Origin: an uncultured Chloroflexia bacterium
GTDB lineage: Bacteria > Chloroflexota > Dehalococcoidia > Dehalococcoidales > UBA2162
Length of the DNA stretch: 64,000 nucleotides
Direction: 5' to 3'
Assembly: GCA_963735055.1 (NCBI GenBank)
Contig: CAVTJN010000010.1
Location: 47,442 to 111,441, forward strand
Shown here: one piece after another, positions 42,214 to 52,678 of the stretch
Numbering within the stretch: the first letter of the stretch is position 1
Layout of the letters: each line of letters begins with the position of its first letter
Notes under the pieces: generated by a model
The model's input: only the letters and a program-made list of their open reading frames with translations
Database searches by the model: none
What the model was told of the DNA's origin: nothing
Translations under genes and position numbers: made by a program

Positions 42214-42306
42214 ATGAAACCTGACTACCACCTGCTCTTGTCAACCCGTGAGATCCGCGACCCCTGTGGACGTGGACTCCTCCTTACCGGCCCCTCTTCC
42301 TTGTGA
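42214..42306 (+). CDS. Putative leucine-rich leader peptide of leuA
   Basis: MKPDYHLLLSTREIRDPCGRGLLLTGPSSL*; two LLL runs within a region able to form stems. Confidence 0.5.
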   Translation: MKPDYHLLLSTREIRDPCGRGLLLTGPSSL

Positions 42307-42403
42307 AGAGGGGAGTATGGCGGTTTGCGGCAAATTGTGAGGAGAAGGAGAGTCTACTGTCTGAGGAATCGCTCTTGCGAGTCACCTCTCTCAGAAGAAC
42401 ACC

Positions 42404-43921
42404 ATGGACAAAGTAGTTGTTTTCGACACGACGTTGCGCGATGGGGAGCAGGCGGCCGGGGGAAGTCTCAACATCCAGGAGAAGTTGGAAATTGCGCGGC
42501 AATTGGGGAAGTTGGGAGTGGATGTCATCGAAGCCGGCTTTCCGGTCACCTCGCCCGGGGATTTCGAGGCGGTCCGTCTTATTGCCCGAGAGGTTCGTAC
42601 TCCGGTCATCTGCGTCCTGACCCACGCTAATCTGGGCGCCATCGATCAAAGCTGGGAGGCGGTCAAAGGCGCCGAGCGGCCCAGGATTCACATTACCCTG
42701 TCCTCTTCGGACATACATCTTTTCTACCAGTTGCGGAAAAGCCGCGAGGATGTCTTACGGATGGTTGGCGACAGCGTTGCCCACGCCAGGAAGGTCTGCA
42801 ATGACGTCGAATTCTCGGCGATGGATGCCAGCCGTACCGACCCCGAGTATATTTACCAGGTGCTATCGGCGGCGATAGCTGCCGGGGCGACCACGGTGAA
42901 TGTTCCCGACACGGTGGGCTACGCTATGCCCGAGCAGTTCGGAGCACTTATCGACGGGGTTTTCAAGAACGTCGCCGGGGTGGAGAAGGCCGTGGTCAGC
43001 GTCCACTGCCACAATGACCTCGGTCTGGCCGTGGCAAACTCCATTGAGGGTCTGAAACACGGCGCCAGACAGGTTGAAGGTACGATCAACGGCATCGGAG
43101 AGAGGGCGGGCAACGCGGCGCTCGAGGAAATTGTAATGGTCCTGAAGACCCGGGGCGATTATTTCGGGCTGACAACCGGCATCGATACGACTCAGATATA
43201 CCGGACCAGCCGCCTGGTAAGTGATTTGACTGGTTTTCCGGTGCAGCGCAACAAGGCGATCGTGGGCGCCAATGCATTCCGTCACTCCTCGGGCCTGCAC
43301 GTTGACGGTATGATCAAGGCGGCGCAAACCTACGAAATCATGGATCCCAAGAGCGTGGGCATCCCTTCGAGCAGCCTGGTGTTGGGCAAGACGAGCGGCC
43401 GCCATGCTTTCCGCGAGCGCCTGGCGGAGCTGGGGTACAGCCCGTCCGAAGAAGACTTCAGCCGCGCCTTCGCGGCGTTCAAAGACCTGGCGGACAAGAA
43501 AAGAGACGTCACTGACAAAGACATTGAATCGATCGTGGCTGAAGAGAAGCGAACGGTGTCCGAGATCTATCACCTCGACCGGCTGCAGGTTACCTGCGGC
43601 GACAAGGGTGTGCCCACGGCGGCCATCCGGCTAACCGGACCCGGGGGGCAGGTACTGGCTGATGCGGCGCTGGGGACGGGTCCGGTTGATGCTGTCTACA
43701 AGGCGATCAACCGGCTGGTGGGCGTGCCGAATACGCTGACCGAATTCAGTGTCAAGTCGGTCACCGAGGGCATCGATGCCATTGGTGAAGTGCTTATCAG
43801 GATCGAGAGCGACGGGGTCACCTACACGGGCCGCGGCGCCGACACCGATGTCATCGTGGCCAGCGCCAAGGCCTACGTGAATGCGCTGAACCGGCTGCTG
43901 GCGGCAAAGAAAAGTAAATGA
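42404..43921 (+). CDS. leuA: 2-isopropylmalate synthase
   Basis: DTTLRDGEQ, HCHNDLGLAVANS, GIGERAGN, C-terminal regulatory domain GPVDA. Confidence 0.95.
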   Translation: MDKVVVFDTTLRDGEQAAGGSLNIQEKLEIARQLGKLGVDVIEAGFPVTSPGDFEAVRLIAREVRTPVICVLTHANLGAIDQSWEAVKGAERPRIHITLSSSDIHLFYQLRKSREDVLRMVGDSVAHARKVCNDVEFSAMDASRTDPEYIYQVLSAAIAAGATTVNVPDTVGYAMPEQFGALIDGVFKNVAGVEKAVVSVHCHNDLGLAVANSIEGLKHGARQVEGTINGIGERAGNAALEEIVMVLKTRGDYFGLTTGIDTTQIYRTSRLVSDLTGFPVQRNKAIVGANAFRHSSGLHVDGMIKAAQTYEIMDPKSVGIPSSSLVLGKTSGRHAFRERLAELGYSPSEEDFSRAFAAFKDLADKKRDVTDKDIESIVAEEKRTVSEIYHLDRLQVTCGDKGVPTAAIRLTGPGGQVLADAALGTGPVDAVYKAINRLVGVPNTLTEFSVKSVTEGIDAIGEVLIRIESDGVTYTGRGADTDVIVASAKAYVNALNRLLAAKKSK

Positions 43922-43990
43922 TCCGGTGCGGTCTCCGGGGGCAATTTCATTGTTCCCGTCTGGAATTCCATAGGCAACGAAGGAGAGTTT

Positions 43991-45247
43991 ATGCCGACCT
44001 TAGCTGAAAAGATACTGGCGGCCCATACCGATCGGGCGAAGATCGTACCGGGCGAGTTCATAAACGTGAGGGCGGACATGGTGCTGGCTAATGACATCAC
44101 CGCGCCCATCGCTATCAAGGAGTTCCGCCGTATTGGTGTCAAAAAGGTGTTCGATCCGCAGAAGATCGTGATGGTGGCTGACCATTTTGTGCCTAACAAA
44201 GACATTATTTCGGCCGAGCAGACGAAGTTCATGCGGGAGTTCGCCCACGAGTACGGTGTCCGCTTCTACGACGTGGGGCAGATGGGCATCGAACACGTCC
44301 TGCTGCCGGAGCAGGGCCTGGTCCTCCCGGGGGACGTGGTGGTCGGGGCGGATTCTCACACCTGCACGTATGGTGCCCTGGGGGCGTTTGCCACCGGCAT
44401 GGGTTCCACCGACGTTTCGGCGGCCATGGCCACCGGCGACATCTGGATGAAGGTGCCGACGACAATCAAGTTTGTCTACCACGGCAGACTGGGGAAGTGG
44501 GTGGGGGGTAAGGACCTGATCCTCTACACCATCGGTCAGATTGGAGTCGACGGCGCGATCTACGCCGCCATGGAATTCACCGGCGAGGCGATCAGCGCCC
44601 TGCCCATGGACGGCCGGTTTACCATGGCCAACATGGCGATCGAGGCCGGGGCCAAGGCGGGACTGTTCCACGTTGACGACAAGACGCTGGAGTACGTCAA
44701 GGACCGGGCGAAGCGCCCCTACAAAGTCTTTCAGTCGGATAAGGATGCGGAGTATGCCCGGGTCATCGAATACGACGTTACGGGCATGGAGCCCCAGGTC
44801 TCCTTCCCCCATTCCCCGGCCAACGCCAAACCGCTCAGCCAGGCTCAAGGCATAGAGATCGATCAGTCAGTTATCGGGAGTTGCACCAACGGACGTCTTG
44901 AGGACCTGCGTTTGGCGGCTGGTGTCTTGAAGGGAAAAAAGGTCCATCCCAGGGTACGATGCATCGTTATCCCGGGGACACAACAGGTCTATCTCATGGC
45001 GCTGAGGGAAGGTCTGATTGAGACCTTCATCGAGGCGGGGGCGGCCGTCAGTACGCCGACCTGCGGTCCGTGCCTGGGAGGATACATGGGCGTCCTTGCG
45101 GCGGGGGAAAAGACGATATCGACCACCAACCGGAATTTCGTGGGGCGGATGGGCAGCACGAAGTCTGAGGTGTACCTGTCCAACCCGGCGGTGGCGGCGG
45201 CCAGCGCGGTGGTGGGAACGATCGCCGGCCCGGACCAGCTGAAATAG
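43991..45247 (+). CDS. leuC: 3-isopropylmalate dehydratase large subunit
   Basis: [33 protein letters not shown]. Confidence 0.95.
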   Translation: MPTLAEKILAAHTDRAKIVPGEFINVRADMVLANDITAPIAIKEFRRIGVKKVFDPQKIVMVADHFVPNKDIISAEQTKFMREFAHEYGVRFYDVGQMGIEHVLLPEQGLVLPGDVVVGADSHTCTYGALGAFATGMGSTDVSAAMATGDIWMKVPTTIKFVYHGRLGKWVGGKDLILYTIGQIGVDGAIYAAMEFTGEAISALPMDGRFTMANMAIEAGAKAGLFHVDDKTLEYVKDRAKRPYKVFQSDKDAEYARVIEYDVTGMEPQVSFPHSPANAKPLSQAQGIEIDQSVIGSCTNGRLEDLRLAAGVLKGKKVHPRVRCIVIPGTQQVYLMALREGLIETFIEAGAAVSTPTCGPCLGGYMGVLAAGEKTISTTNRNFVGRMGSTKSEVYLSNPAVAAASAVVGTIAGPDQLK

Positions 45248-45263
45248 CCAAGGAGAACGGAAC

Positions 45264-45758
45264 ATGTTAAAGGGAACGGCCCACAAGTACGGAGCTAACG
45301 TCGATACGGATGCAATTATTCCGGCGCGGTACCTGAATCTTTCGGAGCCGGCGGACCTTGCGCGGCACAGCATGGAAGACATCGATCTGGACTTCGTGAA
45401 GCGCGTGAAGCCGGGTGACATCATGGTGGCAACCACCAACTTTGGCTGCGGCTCATCGCGCGAGCATGCTCCTTTGGCGTTGAAGGGTTCGGGGATATCG
45501 TGCGTTATTGCCAAGAGCTTCGCCCGGATCTTCTTTCGGAATTCAATCGACATCGGTCTGCCGCTGCTCGAGTGTGAAGATGCCCCGGATAACATTGTGT
45601 CGGGAGATGTCGTGGAAGTTGATCTGGCCAACGGTCGGATCAAGAATTTGACCAATGGCAAGACATTCACCGCCAAGCCCTACCCCGACTTCATGGCGGG
45701 CCTGATTGCCGCCGACGGCCTGATTGCCTATACCCGGAAGAGGCTGGGGGTGAAGTAG
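45264..45758 (+). CDS. leuD: 3-isopropylmalate dehydratase small subunit
   Basis: [29 protein letters not shown]. Confidence 0.95.
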   Translation: MLKGTAHKYGANVDTDAIIPARYLNLSEPADLARHSMEDIDLDFVKRVKPGDIMVATTNFGCGSSREHAPLALKGSGISCVIAKSFARIFFRNSIDIGLPLLECEDAPDNIVSGDVVEVDLANGRIKNLTNGKTFTAKPYPDFMAGLIAADGLIAYTRKRLGVK

Positions 45759-45810
45759 CCTGGCGGTCGTCCAAGGGAGTCTGGAGAGGTATGCAGGAGG
45801 AAGACAGGAA

Positions 45811-46905
45811 GTGAAGTTTGACATTGCGAGTCTGCCCGGAGACGGCATCGGCCCTGAGGTAATGGATGAGGCGGTCAAGGTCCTTAAGGCGGTAGGACGC
45901 AAGTACGGGCATAGGTTCGAACTCCACCGGGGTCTGGTGGGTGGGGTGGCCATTGACAAGACGGGAGAAGCGCTGACCAAAGAAACGCTCGATATGTGCC
46001 GCCGCTGCAACGCGGTGCTCCTGGCGGCGGTGGGAGGGCCGAAATGGGATGATCCCGCGGCGAAAGTCAGGCCGGAGGACGGGCTACTGGCGCTTCGCAA
46101 GTCGTTGGGCTTATTCGCCAATCTGCGTCCGGTGAAGGTCTACCCAATGCTTATCGACTCAACCAACCTGAAACCGGAAGTGGTCAAAGGCGTGGACATG
46201 ATCGTGATCCGGGAACTCACCGGAGGGCTGTATTTTGGGAAGCCGAAACGGCAATGGCGAACGACACGGGGCCGGAAAGCGGTCGATTCGATGGTGTATT
46301 CCGAACAGGAGATCGAACGCATCGTGCAGGTGGGTTTCGAGCTGGCAAGAGGCCGGAAGCGAAGGTTGATTTCGGTGGATAAGGCCAACGTGCTTGAGTC
46401 TTCCCGGTTGTGGCGCACGGTGGCCATCGAAGTCGGGCGCCAGTATCCCGACGTGGAACTGGAACACATGCTGGTCGATTCATGCGCCATGCGGCTCATT
46501 CAGAACCCGCGGTACCTGGATGTGCTGGTGACCGAGAACACCTTCGGCGATATCCTGACCGACGAGGCCTCGATGCTGGCCGGCTCGATGGGCATGCTGC
46601 CTTCGGCAAGTCTGGCCGGTGTACCCAAAGAGGGAACGGCCATCTTCGGTCTTTACGAGCCGATTCACGGCAGTGCCCCGAAGCACACCGGGCAGAACGA
46701 CATTAATCCGCTGGCCATGATCCTGAGTGCCGCATTGATGCTGCGGCACTCCCTGGCGCTGAGTGACGAGGCGCGAACGATCGAGAAGGCGGTCGAGTCT
46801 GTTCTGAATGACGGCTACCGCACCTATGATATAATGGGCGCGGGCAAGAGCCAGGTCGGGACCCGTGAGATGGGCGACCTGGTGACGAAGAAAATCGCCG
46901 GCTGA
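45811..46905 (+). CDS. leuB: 3-isopropylmalate dehydrogenase
   Basis: PGDGIGPEV, RELTGGLYFG, VDKANVL, FGDILTDEA, EPIHGSAP. Confidence 0.96.
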   Translation: MKFDIASLPGDGIGPEVMDEAVKVLKAVGRKYGHRFELHRGLVGGVAIDKTGEALTKETLDMCRRCNAVLLAAVGGPKWDDPAAKVRPEDGLLALRKSLGLFANLRPVKVYPMLIDSTNLKPEVVKGVDMIVIRELTGGLYFGKPKRQWRTTRGRKAVDSMVYSEQEIERIVQVGFELARGRKRRLISVDKANVLESSRLWRTVAIEVGRQYPDVELEHMLVDSCAMRLIQNPRYLDVLVTENTFGDILTDEASMLAGSMGMLPSASLAGVPKEGTAIFGLYEPIHGSAPKHTGQNDINPLAMILSAALMLRHSLALSDEARTIEKAVESVLNDGYRTYDIMGAGKSQVGTREMGDLVTKKIAG

Positions 46906-47091
46906 CGGCCTTGGGCGCCGCTCGTCCCGACGAACGATGCGGGCTACCGCTAAGTCGCCGGTCTGCGTCGCCGGCCGCCACGATTGGGAGATCTGCTCTC
47001 CCTGGGGGCTGCCCGGCGTCATCAAACACGCCAGGGGGGCGGGCCGGGATCGCGGGAGTCGCTTTGTCTATGTTTCAGTGGAGTTGGATAG

Positions 47092-48686
47092 TTGCCTAGA
47101 GTCTACCTGTATGATACCACTCTCAGAGATGGCGCCCAGAGCGAGGGCATCTCATTCTCGGTGGTGGACAAACTGCACATTACCGAGAAGTTGGATGACC
47201 TTGGCATACACTACATCGAAGGAGGCTGGCCGGGTTCAAACCCCAAGGATGCAGAATTCCTCAAGTCCGCCGCGCGCCGGAAGCTAAGGAACGCGCAACT
47301 AGCTGTTTTTGGCAGTACCCGACGGGTCGGTGTCAGAGCTGAGGACGATAATAACCTGGTGATGCTGGTGAGCACCGGTGTCAAAGTGGCGACGATCGTG
47401 GCCAAGAGCTCTTCGCTGCAGGTGACTCAGGTGCTCGGTACGACGCCGGAAGAGAATCTCAGCATGATTGGAGACTCGGTGCGCTATCTGAAAGCCAATG
47501 GCATGATGGTCTTTGTCGATGCCGAGCATTTCTTTGACGGGTTCAAGATCGATCCTGAATATGCCCTACGCACCCTGGTGGTCGCGGCTGAGGCTGGGGC
47601 GGAGTGTCTGGTGCTGTGTGACACCAATGGCGGGGCGCTGGTTGAAGAAGTGAGTCCGCGCGGTCGCGGACGCGACCAAAGCGACGAGGACGGCGATCGG
47701 GATACATGTCCACAATGACGGCGGTTTGGCGGTCGCCAATTCGCTGGCGGCGGTGAGGGCGGGGGCCACGCAGGTGCAGGGCACGATCAACGGATACGGT
47801 GAACGCTGCGGCAACGCCAACCTGTGTACAATCATCCCTGCGCTCAAGCTGAAGATGGGCATCGAGTGCGTCAGCGACGCGCAGTTGGCGAGACTGACCG
47901 AGGTGTCGCGTTTTGTCAGCGATACGGCCAACTTGTCCTCGGACCCTTTTTCGCCCTACGTGGGGGCCAGCGCCTTCAGCCACAAGGCAGGATATCACAT
48001 GGACGGGCTGGCGAAGTGGGAAGGCGCCTATCAGCATATCGATCCCGGTCTGGTGGGGAACCGGAAGAGGGCGGTGATATCGGAGTTGTCGGGGCGCGAC
48101 AACATCATTTTCAAGGCCAAAGAGCTGGGCATCTCCCTGCCCGCGGACAAGAAATCTATCCAGACGCTCCTGTCTCAGATCAAGCAGGCGGAGAGTCGCG
48201 GCTACCAATACGAAAACGCCGAAGCATCATTTGAGCTTCTTCTCTATCGTTCGCTGCCGGGCTACCAGCCTTCGTTTGAGCTCGTGGACTTCATGGTGCT
48301 CGTGGAGACAAGGCGCCGTGCCCCGAGCGCGCAACCATCTTGAAGAAACACTGGCCGAGGCGATGGTCAAAGTCAAGATCGGCGGGGAGATCATCCATAC
48401 GGCGGCAGAAGGCAACGGGCCGGTGAACGCCCTGGACCAGGCGCTGCGGAAAGCCCTGCTGCAATTCTATCCCAGTCTCGCGTCAGTCAAACTGGTGGAC
48501 TACAAAGTCCGAATACTGGAAGAGAGTGTCGGGACGGAGTCGCAAGTCAGGGTGCTTATTGAGTCCAGCGACGGCGTGAAAGGGTGGCGGACAGTAGGCA
48601 GTTCGGCGAACATCATTGAGGCGAGCTGGCTGGCACTGGCCGATGGTCTGGAATACTGGCTGACCAAGCACAAGACGGCGACCTGA
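47092..48686 (+). CDS. cimA: Citramalate synthase (two frameshifts, near 47656 and 48330)
   Basis: DTTLRDGAQSEG, EGGWPGSNPKD, DAEHFFDG, GYGERCGNAN, GNGPVNALD, DYKVRIL spread over three consecutive ORFs. Confidence 0.88.
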
Positions 48687-48738
48687 TCGCCGACGGCTCT
48701 GGAACGAGTTGGGCGAGCGTGTGAAGGAGGAGACTACT

Positions 48739-49023
48739 ATGGACTACCCGGTGTCTCTAAAATTGGACTACCCCGATAAGCTGTCCCGGCTGACCACCTT
48801 CTTTCGCATTTTCATGATCATTCCGCATGCGATTGTCCTGCAGTTTCTTGGCATTGCTGCGTCGGTTCTCCTCCTTATTTCCTGGTTCGCCATAGTGTTC
48901 ACCGGCCGGTTCCCGCGCTCGCTGTGGGATTTCGAGGCTTACTATTTTCGCTGGAGCACCAGAGTCAACGGCTACTCGAGTCTCTTGACCGACAAATACC
49001 CGCCTTTCAGCGGTAACGAATAA
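48739..49023 (+). CDS. DUF4389-like membrane protein
   Basis: LSRLTTFFR...IPH...WFAIVFTGRFP...LLTDKYPPF; RBS AAGGAGGAG. Confidence 0.8.
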   Translation: MDYPVSLKLDYPDKLSRLTTFFRIFMIIPHAIVLQFLGIAASVLLLISWFAIVFTGRFPRSLWDFEAYYFRWSTRVNGYSSLLTDKYPPFSGNE

Positions 49024-49061
49024 GGGGGGCCGAAGTCTGGAGAGTTGGGTGACGGGGTTCG

Positions 49062-50363
49062 ATGGTTAGCCTGTGGCTGGTGGTCCTATTCCTGGTAGGC
49101 CTCCTTCTCGCGGCACTGTTCTGCAGCGCGGAGACGGCCTTCATCAGTGTGCAGAAACTAAGGCTCCAGCATCTGGTACTCACCAACCGACCGGGGGCGA
49201 AGACGGTGGCCAGAATTCTGGAACACCCGGAGAAGTTTCTGGCGACGGTGCTGCTCGGGATCAATTTTTTCGAGACGGCGGTGGCCACGCTTGGCACGGT
49301 CATCGCCATCTCGGTGTGGCGTCAGAACCAGAACCTGGCGACGGCCGCGGCGACCATTGTCATCACCTTCGTTACGCTTGTATTCGCGGAGTTGATTCCC
49401 AAGAGCCTGGCGGCGCGTTTCGGGGAGCGGCTGGCGCTGGCCTACGCACGGCCATTCGAGATTGTGGGGATCATCTTTTATCCGTTTGTCTTTGTGCTGA
49501 AGCATATCGGGATCAGGTTCACCCGGATGGTGGCGGACGAGGGTGAACCCAAGCCAACGATGAGCGAAGCGGAGTTCCGGACGGCGATCACGGTGGGTGA
49601 GGCCGAGGGGGTGGTGGAAGAGAAGGCTGCCGAGATGCTGCACAACGTATTCGAGTTTGGCAACCGGCCGGTACGGGAAGTGATGATACCGCGGCCTGAG
49701 GTGGTGAGCATCGAACGGGGGGCAAAACTGGACAGTTTCCTTGAGATGTATGCCACTTCACCACTCAGCCGGTATCCGGTCTATGACGGCAGTATGGATA
49801 ATGTGGTTGGCATTCTTTCAATTAGAGAAGTGCTGCTGGCGTTGGCCAAGAATACGGTAACCAAGGAGAGCCTGATCGACGAGCTCATCCGGCCCGCCCT
49901 GTTCGTCCCCGAGAGTAAGCCCATCAGTCAGCTCTTCGTGGAAATGAAGGAAAGCAATTCCCGGATGGTTATTGTGGTGGATGAGTTTGGGGGAACGGCC
50001 GGAGCCGTCAGTCTCACCCGGCTGGTCGAGGAAATAGTCGGGCCGGTGGGCGGCGAACTGGCCGGGGCCGAAAAGGAATACGAAGTCATTGACGAGTATA
50101 CTTTTCAGATCGACGGGGGGATGCGCGTCGACGAGGCCAACGAACAGATGAACCTGGGGCTGCCTGAGGGTGACTACGAGACGGTCGCCGGGTTTGTGCT
50201 GCATTTGTTGTGCCGCATCCCCAAGCAAGGGGAGCACCTCAAGTACCGGGCCTTGAAGATCGTGATTACGAAGATGCGCGGACCCAAGATCGAAGAGATT
50301 CTGGTAACCAGGGAGAAGGTAGTACGTGACCCGGAGGAGACGAATGCAACGACTCCGGGTTAG
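49062..50363 (+). CDS. Hemolysin-family CNNM/CorC protein (DUF21 + CBS pair + CorC_HlyC)
   Basis: FCSAETA, ELIPKSLA, VMIPR, SRYPV, VVDEFGGTAG, YETVAGFV. Confidence 0.9.
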   Translation: MVSLWLVVLFLVGLLLAALFCSAETAFISVQKLRLQHLVLTNRPGAKTVARILEHPEKFLATVLLGINFFETAVATLGTVIAISVWRQNQNLATAAATIVITFVTLVFAELIPKSLAARFGERLALAYARPFEIVGIIFYPFVFVLKHIGIRFTRMVADEGEPKPTMSEAEFRTAITVGEAEGVVEEKAAEMLHNVFEFGNRPVREVMIPRPEVVSIERGAKLDSFLEMYATSPLSRYPVYDGSMDNVVGILSIREVLLALAKNTVTKESLIDELIRPALFVPESKPISQLFVEMKESNSRMVIVVDEFGGTAGAVSLTRLVEEIVGPVGGELAGAEKEYEVIDEYTFQIDGGMRVDEANEQMNLGLPEGDYETVAGFVLHLLCRIPKQGEHLKYRALKIVITKMRGPKIEEILVTREKVVRDPEETNATTPG

Positions 50364-50976
50364 GTTCAGCAGGACGGATGAAGTCAAGTACATCTCCCAC
50401 CTCGATCTGATGCGCTGCTGGGAGCGGGCTTTCAGACGGGCCGAAGTCCCCCTGGCGTATTCGGAAGGGTTCACGCCCCACCCCCGAATATCGCTGGCCG
50501 CTCCCCTGGCGATCGGCGCGACGAGTGAGGCCGAGTTGATGGACGTCGTGGTCACGCGGTGGGTTTCGCCGCACTGGTTCAGCGGCGGGGTTAGCCGGCA
50601 ATTGCCGCCGGGACTGAAGATCATGGCGGTGGTCCCAGTGGCAACGACGCTCCCGTCGCTTCAATCAGCGGTACGTCTGGCAGAGTACCGGGTTGAGGTC
50701 GAGAGCACCATGACGGTGAAGGAGCTTGAGGCCGCCGTGGAGCACCTCCTATCTCTTGAACAACTGCCCTGGCATCATCACCGGGACACGGGCGAACGCA
50801 ACTATGATCTCCGGTCGCTGATCGAGGACCTGTGGGTGGAGCCGGGGGGTGGCCTGGGGATGAGCTTACGGTGCGACAGCGGGGGTTCGGGAAGACCGGA
50901 ACAAGTCGCTCTGGCACTCGGTGTCGCCGCCTATCCCAGTTCTATCCACCGGACCAGGCTGGTGCTGGCGGTCTAG
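50344..50976 (+). CDS. Radical SAM-associated protein (TIGR03936 / DUF2344-like)
   Basis: YISHLDLMR.WERAFRRA..P.AYSEGFTPHPRIS.A.PL..G..SEAE. Confidence 0.85.
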   Translation: MQRLRVRFSRTDEVKYISHLDLMRCWERAFRRAEVPLAYSEGFTPHPRISLAAPLAIGATSEAELMDVVVTRWVSPHWFSGGVSRQLPPGLKIMAVVPVATTLPSLQSAVRLAEYRVEVESTMTVKELEAAVEHLLSLEQLPWHHHRDTGERNYDLRSLIEDLWVEPGGGLGMSLRCDSGGSGRPEQVALALGVAAYPSSIHRTRLVLAV

Positions 50977-51075
50977 CGCACTACCTCACGGTAGGCCGTG
51001 TCCAGTGGCGAGGCCCGGCCGCGGCCCACTCTACCGCCTTTAAGTCTGCTTCCGGGAACGTGGTAGAATTGGGGC

Positions 51076-52566
51076 GTGGCCGAATCTGAGAGGCAGCGCG
51101 ACCCACTCGAGACAAGGGTGCTGGAGTTCATCCGGCAGCATGACATGCTGGCGGGGCGCCCCAGGCTGGTGGTAGCCGTGTCCGGCGGTCCCGACTCAGT
51201 TTGCATGCTCAGCATTCTCGTCCGTCTCCGGGAAGAGCTCGGCGTGGAGCTCCACGTTGCGCACCTTGACCACCAGTTGCGCGGCGCCGAGTCTCTGGCC
51301 GACGCATGTTTCGTGGAACGGCTGTCCCGGCAGTGGCGTTTGCCGGCGACGGTCGAAGGGCGTGATGTGAAGGCGCACCAAACGCGGCGGCGGATCTCGC
51401 TCGAAGAAGCGGCGCGTGAGGTTCGCTATTCGTTCCTGACCGAGGTGGCCGGGCGGATCGGTGCGAACACTGTGGCTGTTGGTCACACCAGAGACGACAG
51501 CGTCGAGACCATCCTCATGCATCTCATTCGAGGTACCGGCACCCGGGGGCTGCGCGGTTTGGACGCTGCCAGCCGGTTGGGTACCGCCGCGGGAACGGTG
51601 AGAGTGGTGCGTCCGCTGCTTGAAGTTAGCCGGGCCGAAACGGCGAGATTCTGCGTCGAACACGGGCTGGAAGTGCGGGAAGACTCAAGCAACCGGTCGC
51701 TCTCCCTGTTCAGGAACCGTATCCGGCTCGAACTCGTTCCCCTCCTTAGAAAATACAACCCGCGGGTTGACGAGGCGCTGTTAAGGACCGGAAGGATGGC
51801 TGCCGATGAGGAAAGCTTTCTCGAGGCTGAGGCCGGCCGGGTGTGGGACGCCGTCGCTGAAGTACGACAGGGCACGGTCATCTTCGCCCGAGAGCGCTTT
51901 CGGTCTATGGCCCCGGCGCTGAAACGGCAAGTGCTGCGCAAGGCGATGCGTGATTTGATCGGTGACCTCAAGGACATCGAAGCAAGGCACGTCGATAGAC
52001 TGATGGAGGCGGCGGATGGGCCGGCCGGCAGGACACTCCAGATGCCGGGAGGGCTGGTGTGGGTGGTGGAGCATGAGCGATGTCTTCTCGGCCGTGACAC
52101 CACGGTATCATGTCCGCTACCGGTACTGGAGAGGGACTTTCCATTGAATGTTCCAGGTGACACGGATGGTTCGGGGTGGTGGGTAAGAGCATCCGTTTTG
52201 TCCAGGAAGGCCGGCTCTCCGGTGTCTCCCGCCGAGAGCCGGGGTGAACGAGGGCTGTCGCCGGCGGCCCCGGGAGTCCTGAGGGGGTTGTTCGACTTCG
52301 ACCTTGTCGGAGACAAGCTGGCGGTGCGCTCCCTCCGGTCCGGCGAACGCTTCCGGCCCCTTGGACTGGGCCGGTCGAAGAAAGTCGCCGAATTCATGCT
52401 GGACGCGAGGATTCCGCGTTCGTGGCGGGGGCGGGTGCCGATTGTCGCCTCTAAAGCGGGGGTGGTGTGGGTGGCGGGGTGGCGGATCGACGAAACGGTG
52501 AAGGTCACCGAGAGCACGGAGAGAGTCCTCGTCCTGGAGTTCAGGCTTGCCGGCCATGCCGGGTAG
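51076..52566 (+). CDS. tilS: tRNA(Ile)-lysidine synthetase
   Basis: AVSGGPDS, HLDHQLR, EEAAREVRY, GHTRDD, DSSN, RNRIR, TilS C-terminal domain. Confidence 0.95.
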   Translation: MAESERQRDPLETRVLEFIRQHDMLAGRPRLVVAVSGGPDSVCMLSILVRLREELGVELHVAHLDHQLRGAESLADACFVERLSRQWRLPATVEGRDVKAHQTRRRISLEEAAREVRYSFLTEVAGRIGANTVAVGHTRDDSVETILMHLIRGTGTRGLRGLDAASRLGTAAGTVRVVRPLLEVSRAETARFCVEHGLEVREDSSNRSLSLFRNRIRLELVPLLRKYNPRVDEALLRTGRMAADEESFLEAEAGRVWDAVAEVRQGTVIFARERFRSMAPALKRQVLRKAMRDLIGDLKDIEARHVDRLMEAADGPAGRTLQMPGGLVWVVEHERCLLGRDTTVSCPLPVLERDFPLNVPGDTDGSGWWVRASVLSRKAGSPVSPAESRGERGLSPAAPGVLRGLFDFDLVGDKLAVRSLRSGERFRPLGLGRSKKVAEFMLDARIPRSWRGRVPIVASKAGVVWVAGWRIDETVKVTESTERVLVLEFRLAGHAG

Positions 52567-52678
52567 GGGGATGACAGAAGCCCGGCCGCGATTTCGAACC
52601 GCCGGCATGTTTTCCAAGTGCGGCATGTTTTGCTATCATGTAGCGGGCTAAGAGCGCGAGTACTTGAGGAGGATTTGA

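Noticed and set aside
46906-47091. Attenuator upstream of cimA
   Set aside because: Only short GC hairpins; no Ile- or Leu-rich leader peptide and no terminator.
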